Below are positions 26,257 through 39,568 of a stretch of DNA of 64,000 nt, piece by piece; positions within the stretch are counted from its first letter, which is position 1; every line of letters starts with the position of its first letter. The notes beneath the pieces were generated by a model, which searched no databases, was not told where the DNA came from, and was given only the letters and a program-made list of their open reading frames with translations. Position numbers and translations under genes: made by a program. This DNA is from Chiloscyllium plagiosum (taxonomy: Eukaryota), in NCBI RefSeq assembly GCF_004010195.1, contig NC_057718.1:50174450-50238449 (forward strand). Reading direction: 5' to 3'.

Positions 26257-27129
26257 CTGCAGTTTGTAAACACGTTCCATGTCTTCTCCCCTAACATTCA
26301 GCACGTGGTTTCCCACAATTCTGCCCACCAAACTGACACTGACTGCACCAAATAAAAAACAAAAGAATGCTGGAAATCAGAATCAAAAGCATAAGCTGTT
26401 GGAAAAACTCAGCAGGTCTGGCAGCATCTGTGCAGGGAAATCAGAGTTAGCGTTTTAGATTGAGTGACCCTTCCTCCCTTTCAAGAGTGACACACTGGAC
26501 ACCATCAGCACCAAATTGTGCTTTGTCACCAGGTACTCTCCCACAGCCTCCATATACCCTTTTACTTTGCACCAGCCTGACAGCTGATGCTGACCCATCC
26601 ATTATATAGAGATTTGCCACACTGAATTTTGCAATCAACAATCGTCTCTGCCTCCTGAGCCCAGCATTACACCTCAATGATTCCCACTCTGGTCCTTTGT
26701 ACTCCCCTATTGAGACCAATGTGTGGTGACTCCAAAGAAATCCCCTCCTTCAATCTATCATGCCCACCAATGTTGTTTCCCTCACCACACTATGCTTTAA
26801 GTTTCACTTTCATACTAACCTTAACATAATTCTCTTTAGCCCAGCCTTTGCCACCTCACCCCATGTTGCCCTTGGAGATTCCACTTTTTATCTTCCTAAA
26901 TGATCAACATACAGACCACCAGCATTATATATGCCCGATACCTCTGGGCAATGTTGACAAAAGCCCCTATGCATGACTGATCAGACCTTGACCTCTGTGT
27001 TTGCAGCTCCCTGAAGAATTATCTCCACGAAGTTACATGGCTTCCATGATAGCTCACGATGGCCCTGTAGGACTAACCACTGCCTTGACTGTGTGTCTGG
27101 ACAGAGAGCATGTCAATAAGATAGCAATG

Positions 27130-27335
27130 GGGAGAAAGTGAGGACTGCAGATGCTGCAGATCAGAGCTGATAATGTGTTGCTGGAAAAGCGCAGCAGGTC
27201 AGGCAGCATCCAAGGAGCAGGAGANNNNNNNNNNNNNNNNNNNNNNNNNNNNNNNNNNNNNNNNNNNNNNNNNTCTCCTGCTCCTTGGATGCTGCCTGAC
27301 CTGCTGCGCTTTTCCAGCAACACATTTTCAGCTTG
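27130..27335. mobile_element. Young Penelope-derived fold-back insert (family A) with an N-gap in the loop
   Basis: Arms are near-perfect reverse complements either side of Ns 27225-27273. Exact duplication aataagatagcaatg (27115, 27336). Confidence 0.85.
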
Positions 27336-28126
27336 AATAAGATAGCAATGACAGCCTTTAAATTCTGAGTGAAATGCCAACATGCTAACAGGCTTGGTAT
27401 ACTGTGGTAAGACAAAGCAAGGCAAGACATGGACGCTGTGAAGATTCAGGTAGGTGCTCAGTCAACGAGTACTAAGAGAGCAACTAAGTGGCAGATGTAG
27501 CCTGGTCCAATTCACAAGCTGGATACATGACCATGCAAATAAACTGGTTTTGCAGCAGTCTCCAAAGCAGTTGCTGCATGTCCTGTCCTACAGATCTACG
27601 TTTCCTAAGCGTCCTGCAAGTAGACTGGAGAGGTGCCGTGAGGATCATGATGGGTTGGCAAATCTTGAAAGCCAATGTCTACAGAAAGGTAAGGGGCCCC
27701 TCAAAAAGCACTTCTAACTGGCAACTCGTCGCTGCCTAGTAAGAAGCTCACCTTAATGTCTGACGCATGAAAGATGCAGTGAGTTGCACCTGATATCAAG
27801 ATAGAAGCCACAGGACGTCTTATGCTGGAATTTTGCTACAGCCCACATCATTCAGGCTTCTAAGATTCCACCCAAAAGAATCATAAACTGATCACAATGT
27901 TAACAGAGGCCCATTGCCAGCTATCTGGAAGACTAAGTCAACCAATAACCCTCCCAGCCATTTCTTCAAAACCCTACAACATTTTTCCCTTCTCTTTTAA
28001 AAATTGTGATTGAGTCAACCTCCAGCACACTCTCAGCAAAGCATTCCAGATGCTAAGCATTTATTGCATTAAAAAGGTTTTCCATATTTCTCCATTGCTT
28101 CTTTTGCTAATCACCTTAAAATGGTA

Positions 28127-28274
28127 AGGAGAAAGTGAGGATTGCAAATGCTGGAAAGTCAGAGTCAGAAAGTGAGGTGCCATTCCTGATTAAGCGCTTA
28201 TGCCCGAAATGTTGACTCTCCTGTTCCTCGGATGCTGTCTGGCCTGCTGTGCTTTTCCTGTGTCATACTTTTCA
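28127..28274. mobile_element. Penelope-derived insert (family A, decayed)
   Basis: ggagaaagtgaggattgc...cctgattaagcgcttatgcccgaaa with an exact duplication accttaaaatggta (28113, 28275). Confidence 0.8.
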
Positions 28275-28458
28275 ACCTTAAAATGGTAGCCCAAGTATTC
28301 AACCCTTCCATTGTTGGGAACAGTTTCTCCCTGTTCAACTATCATGACACCTCACAATGTTGAATACATCCACCACACCTTTTGTCATCCTTCTCTTCAA
28401 GGAACACGTCCCAACATCTTCAATCTATCTATGTGACTGTAACCATCTGTCTACACTC

Positions 28459-31400
28459 TGCCATGAAGGTGTAGGTGTGTACTGTACCTTTAAGAGAGCC
28501 TGGAAGCTGGTCCAGACTTAGAAAGGCACAGAGTGTGCTGAAAGAATTTAAAACGTAACATTTGACTGTGAAACCAACGGGGTAGATGAATTGCCATGAT
28601 ACAAAACAAATTCAAATTCAGCAAGTCAGTTGAAATTGTGCCCCAATACCAAAATCCAATCAAATTTGAATTTAGTATTTTGACAACATCAAACCAAGAA
28701 CATGATCCGATACTTTGGGGTATAAAACCAGACACTGGAACAGTAAGGGAGGGAATTACCAAGAACGCCAACAAGTATGCCGGTGGATTCTGGGTAATCC
28801 AAGATGAAGGATAGGAAAATTTCTGGCTGTAACAGCTGCTCCTTTTTGGAAGTAGTTTAGGTGCTGGAGTTGATTTCTTTGAATTCCAGGATCAGCAATT
28901 ACTGTTTTATATGCTGTTGCATTGTTTTGGAACATTGGAAAAAGAAAGTCAAAACAACAGCAGTTTTAAAAGGGAGAAGAACAGACAAAGGAAGCACATG
29001 GTGAGGTCAGTGCAGGAGACAAGAAAGAGAGAAAGAAACTGACACGACCTTTGCTGTTTAAATTCATGGATCACTGGACATCGGAGTGCATCTGGGAAAA
29101 TGAACAAACAGTGAAATTCACAACTGATCTTGGACAAACTGTTGGGCGAAGTTCACAGCACAGAATCAGATAAGTTAATCATTGTTTTAAATGTGGCTTA
29201 CAGAAAGTCCGAAGTAGTGAGTCGAGTGGGTTCTTTCTTGATTATATGTTTTTGGAGTTATGTCTCTTGATTAAACTGAAAATATAAGTCATAAATATTA
29301 ATTTAACCTGGGGCAGTGTTTGTAGAGGAAGAAGACGGTGGTATTTTCTGGGTCTGTAGATTGTGAAGGAGAAAAAATAGCCTTTAGTAGAGAGATATGT
29401 ACTTCTTGTCAGATGTGAGAGTTTAAAGAGAGTTTAAGGGTTACTGCAGATTATATCTGCTATAAATGCATTTGGTTGCGAATCTTATCAGATCAAATGG
29501 ATCGATTGGAGAGACAGTTAGAAGCAATGAGGAATTTGCAACAGCAACAGTGTGTGATGGATGGCAGTTATAGGAACGGGGCAAGTCTCAGATACAGTCA
29601 CATAGATGGGTTAACTCCAGGAAAGGTAAGAGAGGTAGGCAGCTAGTGCAGGAGACTTTTGTGGCTATACCCATTTCAAACAGGTATGCTGTTTTGGAAA
29701 ATGTAGGGGGTGATGGATTTTCAGAGGAACGTAGCACGAACAGCCATGTTTCTGGTATTGAGACTGGCTCTAATGCAATGAGGGGTACGTTGGGTTCCAA
29801 GAGATCAGTTGTGTTAGGGGACTCTCTACCAGAGTTACAGAAAGACATTTCTGTGGCCAGCAGAGAAAAAGCAGAATGGTGAGTTGTTTCCCTGGTTCCA
29901 GGATCAAGGATCTCAGAGAGGGTGCAGAATGTTCTCACAGGGGTGGGGCCAGCAGTAGGTCATTGTCCACATTGGAACCAACGACATAGGAAGGGAAAGG
30001 CTTGAGATTCTGAAGGAAGATTACAGAGAGTTAGGCAGGAATTTAAAAAAGGAGATCCTCGAGATTAGTAATATCTGGAATACTCCTGTTGCTACAAGCT
30101 AGTGAGGGCAGGAATAGGAGGATAAAGCAGATGAATGCATGGCTGAGGAGCTGGTTTATGGGAGAAGGATTCACATCTTTGGATCATTGGAATCTCTTTT
30201 GGGGTAGAAGTAACCTGTACAAGAAGGACGGATTGCACCTAAATTGGAAAGGTACTAATNNNNNNNNNNNNNNNNNNNNNNNNNNNNNNNNNNNNNNNNN
30301 NNNNNNNNNNNNNNNNNNNNNNNNNNNNNNNNNNNNNNNNNNNNNNNNNNNNNNNNNNNNNNNNNNNNNNNNNNNNNNNNNNNNNNNNNNNNNNNNNNNN
30401 NNNNNNNNNNNNGGGGACATGAGATAGCTTTGGCAAATAAATTAAGGAGAATCCAAAGGGTTTTTACAAATATATTAAGGACAAAAGGGTAACTAGGGAG
30501 AGAATAGGGCCTCTCAAAGATCAGCAAGGTGGCCTTTGTGTGGAGCCACAGAAAATGGGGGAGATACTAAATGAATATTTTGTATCAGTATTTACAGTGG
30601 AAAAGGATATGGAAGATATAGACTGTAGACAAATAGATGATGACACCATGCAAAATGTCCATATTGCAGAGGACATATTACAGATGTCTTGAAACGTGTA
30701 AAGGTGGACAAATCCCCAGGACCTGATCAGGTGTATCCTAGAGCTCTGTGGGAAGCTACAGAAGTGATTGCTGGGCCTCTTGCTAAGATATTTGTATCAT
30801 CGATAGTCACAGGTGAGGTGCCGGAAGACTGGAGGTTGGCTCACGTGGTGCCACTGTTTAAGAAGGGCAGTAAGGACAAGCCAGGGATCCATAGACCAGT
30901 GAGCTTGATATCGGTGGTGGGCAATTTGTTGGAGGGAATCCTGAGGGACAGGATATACATGTATTTGGAAAGGTAAGGACTGATTAGGGAAAGTCGACAT
31001 GGCTTTGTGCGTGGGAAATCATGTCTCACAAACTTGATTGAATTTTTTGAAGTAACAAAGAGGATTGATGAGGGCAGAACAGTAGATGTGATCTATATGG
31101 ACTTCAGTAAGGCGTTCGACAAGATTCTCAATGGGAGACTGATTAGCAAGGTTAGATCTCATGGAATACAGGGAGAATTAGCCATTTGGATACAGAACTG
31201 GATCAAAGGTAGAAGACAGAGGGTGGTGTTGGAGAGTTGTTTTTCAGACTGGAGGCCTGCGACCAGTGGAGTGTCATAAGAATCGGTGCTGGGTCCTCCA
31301 ATTTTTGTCATTTACATAAATGATTTGGATGCGAGCATAAGATGCACAGTTAGTAAGTTTGCAGATGACACGAAAATTGCAGATGTAGCAGACAGCGAAG

Positions 31401-32664
31401 AGGGTTACCTCAGATTACAACAGGATCTTGATCCGATGGGTCAATGGGCTGAGAAGTGGCAGATGGAGTTTAATTCAGATAAATGCGAAAGCATGCATTT
31501 TGGGAAAGCAAATCTTAGCAGGACTTGTACACTTAATGATAAGGTCCAAGGGAGTGCAGGTTCATAGCTCCTTGAAAGTGGAGTTGCAGGTAGATAGGAC
31601 AGTGAAGAAGGCATTTGGTATGCTTTGTTTTATTTGTCAGAGTATTGAGTACAGGTGTTGGGAGGTCATGTTGCATATGTACAGGACATTGGTTAGGCCA
31701 CTGTTGGAATATTGCATGCAATTCTGGTCTCCTTCCTATCAGAACAATGTTATGAAACTTGAAAGGGTTCAGAAAAGGTTGACAATGATGTTGCCTGGGT
31801 TGGAGGATTTGAGCTATAGGGAGAGGCTGATAAGGCTGGGGCTGTTTTTCCTGGAGCGGCGGAGGTTGAGGGCTGACGCTATAGAGGTTTAAAAAATTAA
31901 GACGGGGAAAGATGGGGTGAATAGACAAAGTCTTTTCTCTGGTGTCGGGGAGTCCAGAAGTAGAGGGCATAGGTTTAGGGAGAGAGGGGAAAGATACAAA
32001 AGAGACCTAAGGGGCAACTTTTTCACACAGAGTGTGGTATGAGCATGGAATGAGCTGCCCAGAGAAAGTGTTGGAAGCTGGTACAATTGCAATATTTTAG
32101 AGGCATTTGGATGGGTGTATGAATAGGAAGGGTTTGGAGGGATATGGGACTAGAGTGAGTTGGACAGATATCAGATTAGAGGGATATATGGCAGGTGGGA
32201 CTAGATTGGGTTGGGATATCTGGTCGGCATGGACGGATTGGACTGAAGGGTCTGTTTCAATTCTGTACATCTCTATGACTCTATAGACTGCTCACCAAAG
32301 AGCTCTCTAAAAAGTACCTGTCCATAAGAAATTTGTGCAGCAGAACATCGAAGCCAACCTAGAGAAAAATCTACTGAGGAAGATACAAAGAGTAGATTCA
32401 ACAACTGGCTTGTTTTGAAATTTGAATTTTTTTGGTAAATCTTAATCGGGGTTTTTAGCGGACCAGTATGGTAGATGTAAAAAATAGATTTAAGAGAAAG
32501 GAGTTGTAACTAATTGTTAAGAAATAAAATTGTTAATTTTTACTTTAAATAGTGACCTCTGGAGTAGTTCTTTGCCTGTTGAAATTTAACAGATTCTGGC
32601 ATGTGGTGAGCTTCTCTGTGTGTCGGCTTTAAGTTAGCAGAGGGATTTACCCCGTGATGTAACA
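28459..32664 (+). mobile_element. Solo LTR (28459-28790 plus 32285-32664) split by a CR1 insertion
   Basis: TG...TGTAACA ends and 4-bp TSD ACTC (28455, 32665). The joined halves match the reverse complement of 57419-58146. Confidence 0.85.
28791..32284 (+). mobile_element. CR1 LINE with long 5'UTR, ORF1, N-gap, RT and 3' tail
   Basis: IPISNRYAVL, VLGDS and DGLHLNWKGTN before the gap; KSPGPDQVYPR, DFSKAFDK and SKFADDTK after it. The endonuclease domain is missing at gap 30260-30412. Confidence 0.88.
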
Positions 32665-33708
32665 ACTCCCTCTAATATTTTCGCAATTTCCAAAAGTGTG
32701 GTAGCTAGAATTGGATGTAACGTTCCAGTGGAGTCCAAAACTAAATCTTGTACAGTTTTCTCAAATTTCCTCATTTTCTACTCAGCTACTTTCAATGATT
32801 TTTGCACAAATAATCATCCTGAAGTCCCACTGTTCCAGTCAACCCTTAGAATTATGCACTTTATATCACATTGTCTCTCCTTAGTCCTTTTACCAAAATT
32901 TATCACTTCTCACCTTTCGGCATTAAATTTCATCTGCCTCTTGTCAACCCATTTCATCAACTGGTCCTCTTGATGTTTATCACTTATCCTCTAAACTCAT
33001 AATATCATAAGTTGTTTTTTTTATCATTTACAAATCTTGTCTTTGTACCCAAATCTAGATAATTAATATGTATGAGGTGAAGTAGAGGTCCTAGCCCTGG
33101 CCCCTGGGGAGCGCCATCATTTATCTTCTTCCAGTCTAAAAAAAAATTTTCATTATTGCTCCTTCTTGTCGCTTGGCCAATTTTATATCCATGTTGCTAC
33201 TGTTCCATTGTTCCATAGCCACTAAATTTGCCAACAAGCTTGTTATTTGGAAATCCACATCCCCCTCATTACTTTCATCAATCCTTCTATCAAAAAACTG
33301 AACCCAGGGAGTTGAACATGATTTGGCCATAATAAACCTTTGCTGGCTTTCCTTAATTAATCTCCAATTGTCCTGGTAACTGTTTTGTCCAAAATTATTG
33401 CTTCATAAATTTTCTGCGACTGTGATCAAGTTGACTGGCTGTAGTTGCTGAGCTCATGCTTGTACCTCTTCTTGGATAACATTAACAGGCACAATTCTCT
33501 CGTCCTCTCACACTACCTTTGTAAGTAAGAAGGATTTGAAAATTATGCTCACCAATGCCATAATTTTCACCTTTATTTCTTTTATATCCTTAAATATATT
33601 TCATTCAGTCCTGGGTCATATTTTAACTTTAAATACAGTCAGCCTATCAAATGTTGTCAATTTTATGAGACCATCAAATTCTCAATTACCTTTTCTTTCC
33701 TGTTGACT

Positions 33709-34335
33709 TGTGTTGGACTAGGCCAGATCACTCAAAACATTCTTAAGCAGGCAGCTCAGATCATAACTTTGCAAATTGTTGAGGAAAGTGTACAGTGAAA
33801 ATTACCCAGAGTAAGTCAGCTTGGTCGAATACGACAAAACAGACAAAAATTTATTCATAAATGAAACACAAAGAACAGAATAAAGAGCCCCTACAGAACT
33901 CATTCTATCCAAACTAGACTGAATTATGCTGTTCCAAATATACACAACAGCCCCAATAAGCAAACTCCCTTTAAAACCCAGTATAAATGGAACACCTGCT
34001 TACAGGTTAAAGTTGAAGGGCAGAAAAGAGAGAGAGTTTCTACACAACTCCCTGTTGAACTCCTTACCAGTTCAAGACTGAACTAAACTGCTCAGCTAGA
34101 GAGCTGACCACATCCCTTTCATTATACAGGTCACTTCTAAACATGATCACTTCGGCCTGAAGTCTCATCTGTTTACATACAAACAAAAGTCCTCTCAAAA
34201 TCCTTTTCATCTCTGTACCAAACCAGACTGATTAGAGCCCAGCCCGGTTTAATAACCTTCTGAAAAAAATCAAGGACAGAGTCTCCTTGAACCAAGGAAC
34301 AGCTTTTAGAGAAAAAAAGGACTAGCTTTATATCT
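33709..34335 (-). repeat. 3' LTR of the Gmr1-like element
   Basis: Direct repeat of 39569-40180, preceded on the minus strand by a purine run aaggggcgag. Confidence 0.9.
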
Positions 34336-34721
34336 CGCCCCTTAAAGATAAACATCAATACCAAAAGGTGGCTTCATTTTAACCCTTCAAAACCCGGTTA
34401 GTAGTCTAAACACACATATACACTATACTAACTATAAACATGCAGACATGCACAATCCCATACAAATTCAGGCTGGGTACACCCACCACCGAATGCCTCT
34501 ATTTCTCATTTGGGTCTCGATAACACATCGGCTATAACATTTTCGCAACATGCACAATTGTCAAATTAAATGGCTGCAACAACAAGCTCCATCTAAACAG
34601 TCTGGCATTTTTGTCCTGAAATTTTTCCACAAATGTCAATGGGCTGTGATAATGTATATGATTGTCTCAGATGTATTGCTGGTAATAGAAACACTGAAAT
34701 GTTGTAATACAAACACCCAGC

Positions 34722-37700
34722 TTAAAGTCTTTTTCGACACCATTGAATATTTCTGCTGTTCAACTTCCTGGAAAAATACCTGATGGGTCTTTTTATCCCT
34801 TCATCATCCTCCTGCAGGAGCACTGCACTGACACCAACATCACTGGCATCAATAGCCACCTTGAAAGGCTTTGTGTAATCAGGTGTGGCTAATATTGGGG
34901 CAATGGTTAACACAGTTTTTAGGCTGTCAAATGCTGTTGACAGTCTGCTGTCCACTGAAGCTTTTTGCCCTTTTTTTAACAATTTGGTGAGTGGAGCAGC
35001 CACACTGCTGAAGTTTGGTACAGCCTTTCAGTAAAATTCACTCAATTCCAGGAAATCTTGTACCGCTTTTATTGTCAACAGTGTGGGAAATTCCCCAATT
35101 ACTTTCATTTTCACACCCTGTGGGGCCATTTGTCCATGTCCAATAACATGGTCCAGGAAGGTGACTTGGGCTTTGGCAAAGTCACTTTTAATTAGCTTTA
35201 CTACCAAGCTTGCTTTCCGAAGTCGATCAAACAAACTTGATAAATGCTGTAAATGTTCCTTTCATGAGTGACTAAAAATCACCAGAACATCAACTTACAC
35301 CATACAGTTGGGTAATCCAGCAATGACCTTGAAATGTGTCTCTGAAATGTGGCTGGAGCGTTTTTGGCATGACTTTGAACTGATTTAGTCCATTTGGTGT
35401 TACGAAAGCCGAAAGTGCCTTTGCCGTCTCTGACAGAGGTACTTGGCAGTAGCCTCTGAGCAAGTCCAATTTAGAAATGTAAGTTGCTTGTCCCACCTTT
35501 TCAACACAGTCCTCCAACCATCAAATTGGATATGCATCAGTCTTTTTAACAGTGTTGACTTTGCGATAGTCCAGATATAACCGTTGGGTACCATCTGGCT
35601 TTGGCACCATAACTATAGGTGTGCTCCAGTCACTGTAACTCACTTTGATTATGCCATCTTGGAGCATGCGCTCTATGTCCTTCTGAACCTGTGCCAACTT
35701 TAGAGGGTTATGCCTATAAGGATGTTGCTTCATCAGAACACCATCTCCTATATCTACATCATGCACAATTAGGTTAGTACTTCCCAGGTTATTTCCGCAT
35801 ATCTCCCCATGTGATCGTAATAACTCTTCCAGGTCATTTCGATTTTCTTGTGGAAGGTAATTCAATAATTTATCCCAATTTTTGACAACTTCCTCATTGT
35901 CCAATTTGATTTGAGGAATGTCCAATTCAGAATCCTCTGAACTTGGTTCTTCCTTCTATTCTGTAATCATTCACTCCTCCTCCTCTTGCTTTCCTTCCCT
36001 ATCAAAATATCTTTTGAGCATATTCACATGACACACTTGGTGAGATTTCTTCCTGTCTGGAGTCTTTATCAAGTATTCACCTCACTCAATTTCTTCTCAC
36101 TTTGGTAAGGTTCCATTAAACTTTGCTTTTAAAGGCTCATCTGTTACTGGAAGTAACAATAATACCTTATCTTCGATTGCAAAATTGTGAATTTGTGATT
36201 TTTTTAATCTGTTACTTGTTTCATTGTATGCTACGATACTTTTAAATGCTGTCTAGCCACCTCTCCAGCTCTATTTAATCATTCTCTAAAATTTGACACA
36301 TAGCCCAAATGAATGGTCTCTGAATTCTGATTTATTAATTTCTCCTTAATCAATTTTAACAGTCCTCTTATTTCCTGCCCCAAAATTTATTCAAATGGAC
36401 TGAATTTGGTCGATTCATTTGGTGCATCTCTGATTGCAAAAAGTAGAAATGGAACTTCCTTATCCCAATCATCTGGATAACTCTGACCACAAGCTCTCAG
36501 CATGGTCTTTAGCATTTGATGCCATCTCTCTAGTAGATTTCAATTGCTTTATTCCCAAGTTATCCATAACTTCCTTGAAAAGGTTTGGACGTGAAGTCTG
36601 AACCTTGATCCGACTGGATCTCTATTGGTAGTCCGTATCTAGTTAAAAAAAAGTAATTCTTTTTCAGTCCTTTTAGCTGCCCTGTTGAGTAATGGGATTA
36701 CCTCTGGAAATCTTGTCAACTTATTCATTATTGTTAATAAATACTTATTCCCACTTTTTGTTTGAGGTAGGGGACCTACATAATCAATTAAGACTCTTGT
36801 GAAAGGTTCCAAAAATGCTGGAATAGGTATTAAAGGAGCAGGTTTTATTACTGCCTGGTTTTCCAATTAGCTGACATGTATGACACATCTGGCAAAATTT
36901 AACTACATTCTTGTGTAGTCCAGGCCAGTAAAAATGTCTTTGCATTTCAACCTGTATTTTCCTTGCCTCTAAATGACCTCCAAGTGGTAGCTCATGCGCT
37001 ACTTGCAACACCCCCTTTCTATAACCTACTGGCAAAACAACTTGATGAATCTCTGCCCATTTCTCATCTGCTTGAATTTCCTCATTAAGACATCACGTAT
37101 TAAATAATAACACACAGGAATGCACTAACTTTCTTTCTCTGTAAATGCCTTTTGACATAACTGCTTTAAGTACTCCTTAATCTCCTTAATGGTGCAGCAC
37201 GGTGGCTCAGTGGTTAGCACTGCTGCCTCACACTGCCAGAAACCCGGATTCAATTTCCACCTTGGGCAACTGTCTGTGTGAAGTTTACACATTTTCCCCA
37301 TGTCTGCATGGGTTTCCTCTGGATGCTCTGGTTTTCTCCAACTGTCCAAAGATGTTCAGGTTAGGTGAATTGGCCGTGCTAAATTGCCCATAGTGTGAGG
37401 TGCATTAGGGGAAACGTGGGGAATGGGTCTGGGTGGGTTGATCTTCGGAGGGTCGGTATGGACTTGTTGGGCCGAAGGTCCTGTTTCCACATTGTAGGGA
37501 ATCTAATTTAATCTTTCTGCTGTAATTCAAACAACTTAGCAGAGCTAAAGATACAGACATGTTTACCTATTTGTTCCTTCTCTGTTCCACTTATCTGATT
37601 GAAAAAGGTATTGGATAATGCTATGGCAGTTTCCTTATCTGTGCCTTTTCATCCCTCCTGCTTCAGCTTGTGATCACACAATCAGGGAAACTTCCTGGAT

Positions 37701-38097
37701 AAACATTCTTCATGTCTTCAGTTACCTGCGTCTCCACTGGCTTTTCAACTAGAGTAGGCAGCACGTCTATCGGTGAATCAACTGTATTAATTGCAAGGAC
37801 AAATTGTATTCCTGGAGCTGAGAGTTTGTCCAGTATTCCTACCACAATTTCCCCACTTCTTTGGATTCTCTAGTCTCACTTTACATTTGTCTCACCATGA
37901 ATTCCTGTTACCAGTACCTTTACTGGCAATAGTCCCTCTGGTGTACATATCTCCTCATCCTTCAGTGTTACAGGCTGAGAGAACCCTGTGTCCCTTAATA
38001 TTGTAACCCCCTTCCCTACTACTCCTGACCTATGTGAATAAACTTTACCCTTCCATGTATATTTTTTAAACATATCTGGCACTTCCTCCTTAATCAA
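34722..38097 (-). pseudogene. Gmr1-like pol remnant with integrase upstream of RT
   Basis: Protease 37876-38097; integrase about 36000-37035 (HELPLGGHL, CQMC, IDYVGPLP); RT 35028-35925 (WSTPIVMVPKPDG, LDLLRGY); RNase H 34722-35003. Confidence 0.88.
37191..37507 (+). mobile_element. HE1-type tRNA-derived V-SINE inserted in the Gmr1-like pol
   Basis: A box tggctcagtgg, B box gattcaattt, V-domain gtctgcatgggtttcctc, CR1-derived tail gggccgaagg..ctgtttccac. Confidence 0.88.
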
Positions 38098-38156
38098 CCT
38101 CTGATCATCTTGTACACTCTAAAGCAGTTGTCTAACTTCCCTTGTGCTTTTTGTTA

Positions 38157-39290
38157 CTAGTCCAACAAACTTCCAGTCTTCTCTGGTTTTCCTACATCTG
38201 GCTTTCTCCTAGCCCACCAACACTGTGATTTTGTGTGGCCCACTTTATTACAATGAAAACACCAGAGCTTTTTAACTTCTTTGTCCCCCTCAAGGGTTTC
38301 TTTTTTATCCTGTGGTAAGTTCTCCTTATGATCTTCACTGAGAACTACCTTTCCCTTGCCACGTGAGGATTTCTTTTTGCCCCAATTTCTATCCCTCATG
38401 ACTGAAATTGATTCTGGAAGTCAAACCATGTTTTATGGACAAGCTCATAATCATCAACCACTTCAGCTGCTAACCTTGCTGTTTTAACTCTCTGCTCTTC
38501 CACCTGAGTTCGTACTACTTCAGGCACTGAATTTTTGAATTCCTCCAAAATAATTACCTCTCTAAGAGCATCATAGGTTTGTTTGATTTTTAAAGTTCTT
38601 ATCCATCTTTCGAAATTACTCTGTTTGATCCTTTCAAATTCAGTATAGGTTTGACCAGGATCCTGTCTTAGATTCCTGAAACGTTGCCTATAGGTTTCTG
38701 GTACAAGCTCATATGCACTTAAAATGGCTTTTTTCACCTCCTCATACTCCCCAGATACCTCCTCTGATAGTGATGCAAATAACTCATTTGCACTACCTAC
38801 AAGTTTTGTTTGGATCAACAAAACCTACATTGCCATTGGCCACTGCATTTGTTTAGCCACCTTTTCAAATGGGATGAAAAAGTTTTCCATATTCTCATCA
38901 AATTTAGGCAATGCTTGAACATACTTAAACAGTTTCTCATTAAGTTTCTGACTACCAGGGGCTTGTTCCTCTTCACTCTCATCCTCACTAAGTCTATCCT
39001 CAGCCTTTATCTCCAGCTTTTTAAGCTGCAGTTCCTTTATAAGTGTCAGTTTTGAAGTTCAAAAGCTCTCTCCTTTTCTTTCTTTCCTTTATAAGTGTCA
39101 GTTTTTGAAGTTCAAAAGCTCTCTCCTTTTCTTTCTCTGCTCTCTCTTTTTCCCTCTTTTCTGCTTTTAATTGTAACTCAAACTGTTTCATTTCTGCTGC
39201 CCTTTCCTTATCTCTCGCCTCTGGCTCAAGCTGCTTCATTTGCAATTGAATTCTTGCCATCTCTACAGATTCTGATGGTTTCTCCAGCAA
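38157..39290 (-). pseudogene. Gmr1-like gag remnant (coiled coil, SCAN-like capsid region, CCHC knuckle)
   Basis: ORFs 39021-39290, 38396-38821 (YELVPETYRQRFR...IILEEF...AAEVVDDY) and 38157-38399. Confidence 0.85.
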
Positions 39291-39548
39291 GTTTAAACGC
39301 TAAGCTACTGCTGTAATTATCTTTGCTTTCCTCACAGAAGCACACAGTTCCAATTCCAGCTTCTCGCTAATTCTTGCTACCCGGTCTTATTCACTTTTTG
39401 CAAAACTTCCAAAGTTACCGCATCCACATCCAAAAAACTTGTGGATTTTTGGTGAGTGAAAGAGCCATTCCTATTTCAAGCTTTGTCGAACCAACCAAAC
39501 CAACACCCAAAATAAAGACACGAGCACCTACCACTCACTGTGTAAAAT

Positions 39549-39566
39549 TCCACAAAGAGCCCCCAG
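39549..39566 (-). promoter_or_regulatory. Primer binding site, tRNA-Pro-like (degenerate)
   Basis: TGGGGGCTC three bases after the 5' LTR matches the start of the canonical tRNA-Pro PBS TGGGGGCTCGTCCGGGAT. Confidence 0.65.
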
Positions 39567-39568
39567 TC

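Larger units (their letters stand above)
24782..27873 (-). mobile_element. Decayed PIF/Harbinger DNA transposon, interrupted by Penelope inserts
   Basis: Minus strand 25480-25830 gives TRTMIEQTIG..., then (frameshift) LHFNPDRMCCIIRTCCALYN and an acidic tail, matching a HARBI1-like transposase C-terminus. LSRHTV near 27090 resembles the N-terminal region. Candidate TIRs ggagctgaatctt and aagattccaccc; boundaries tentative. Confidence 0.55.

Noticed and set aside
37191..37262. tRNA-like A and B boxes here and at 43323, 55640 and 60387
   Set aside because: These are SINE heads continuing into V-domain and LINE tail, not tRNA genes.
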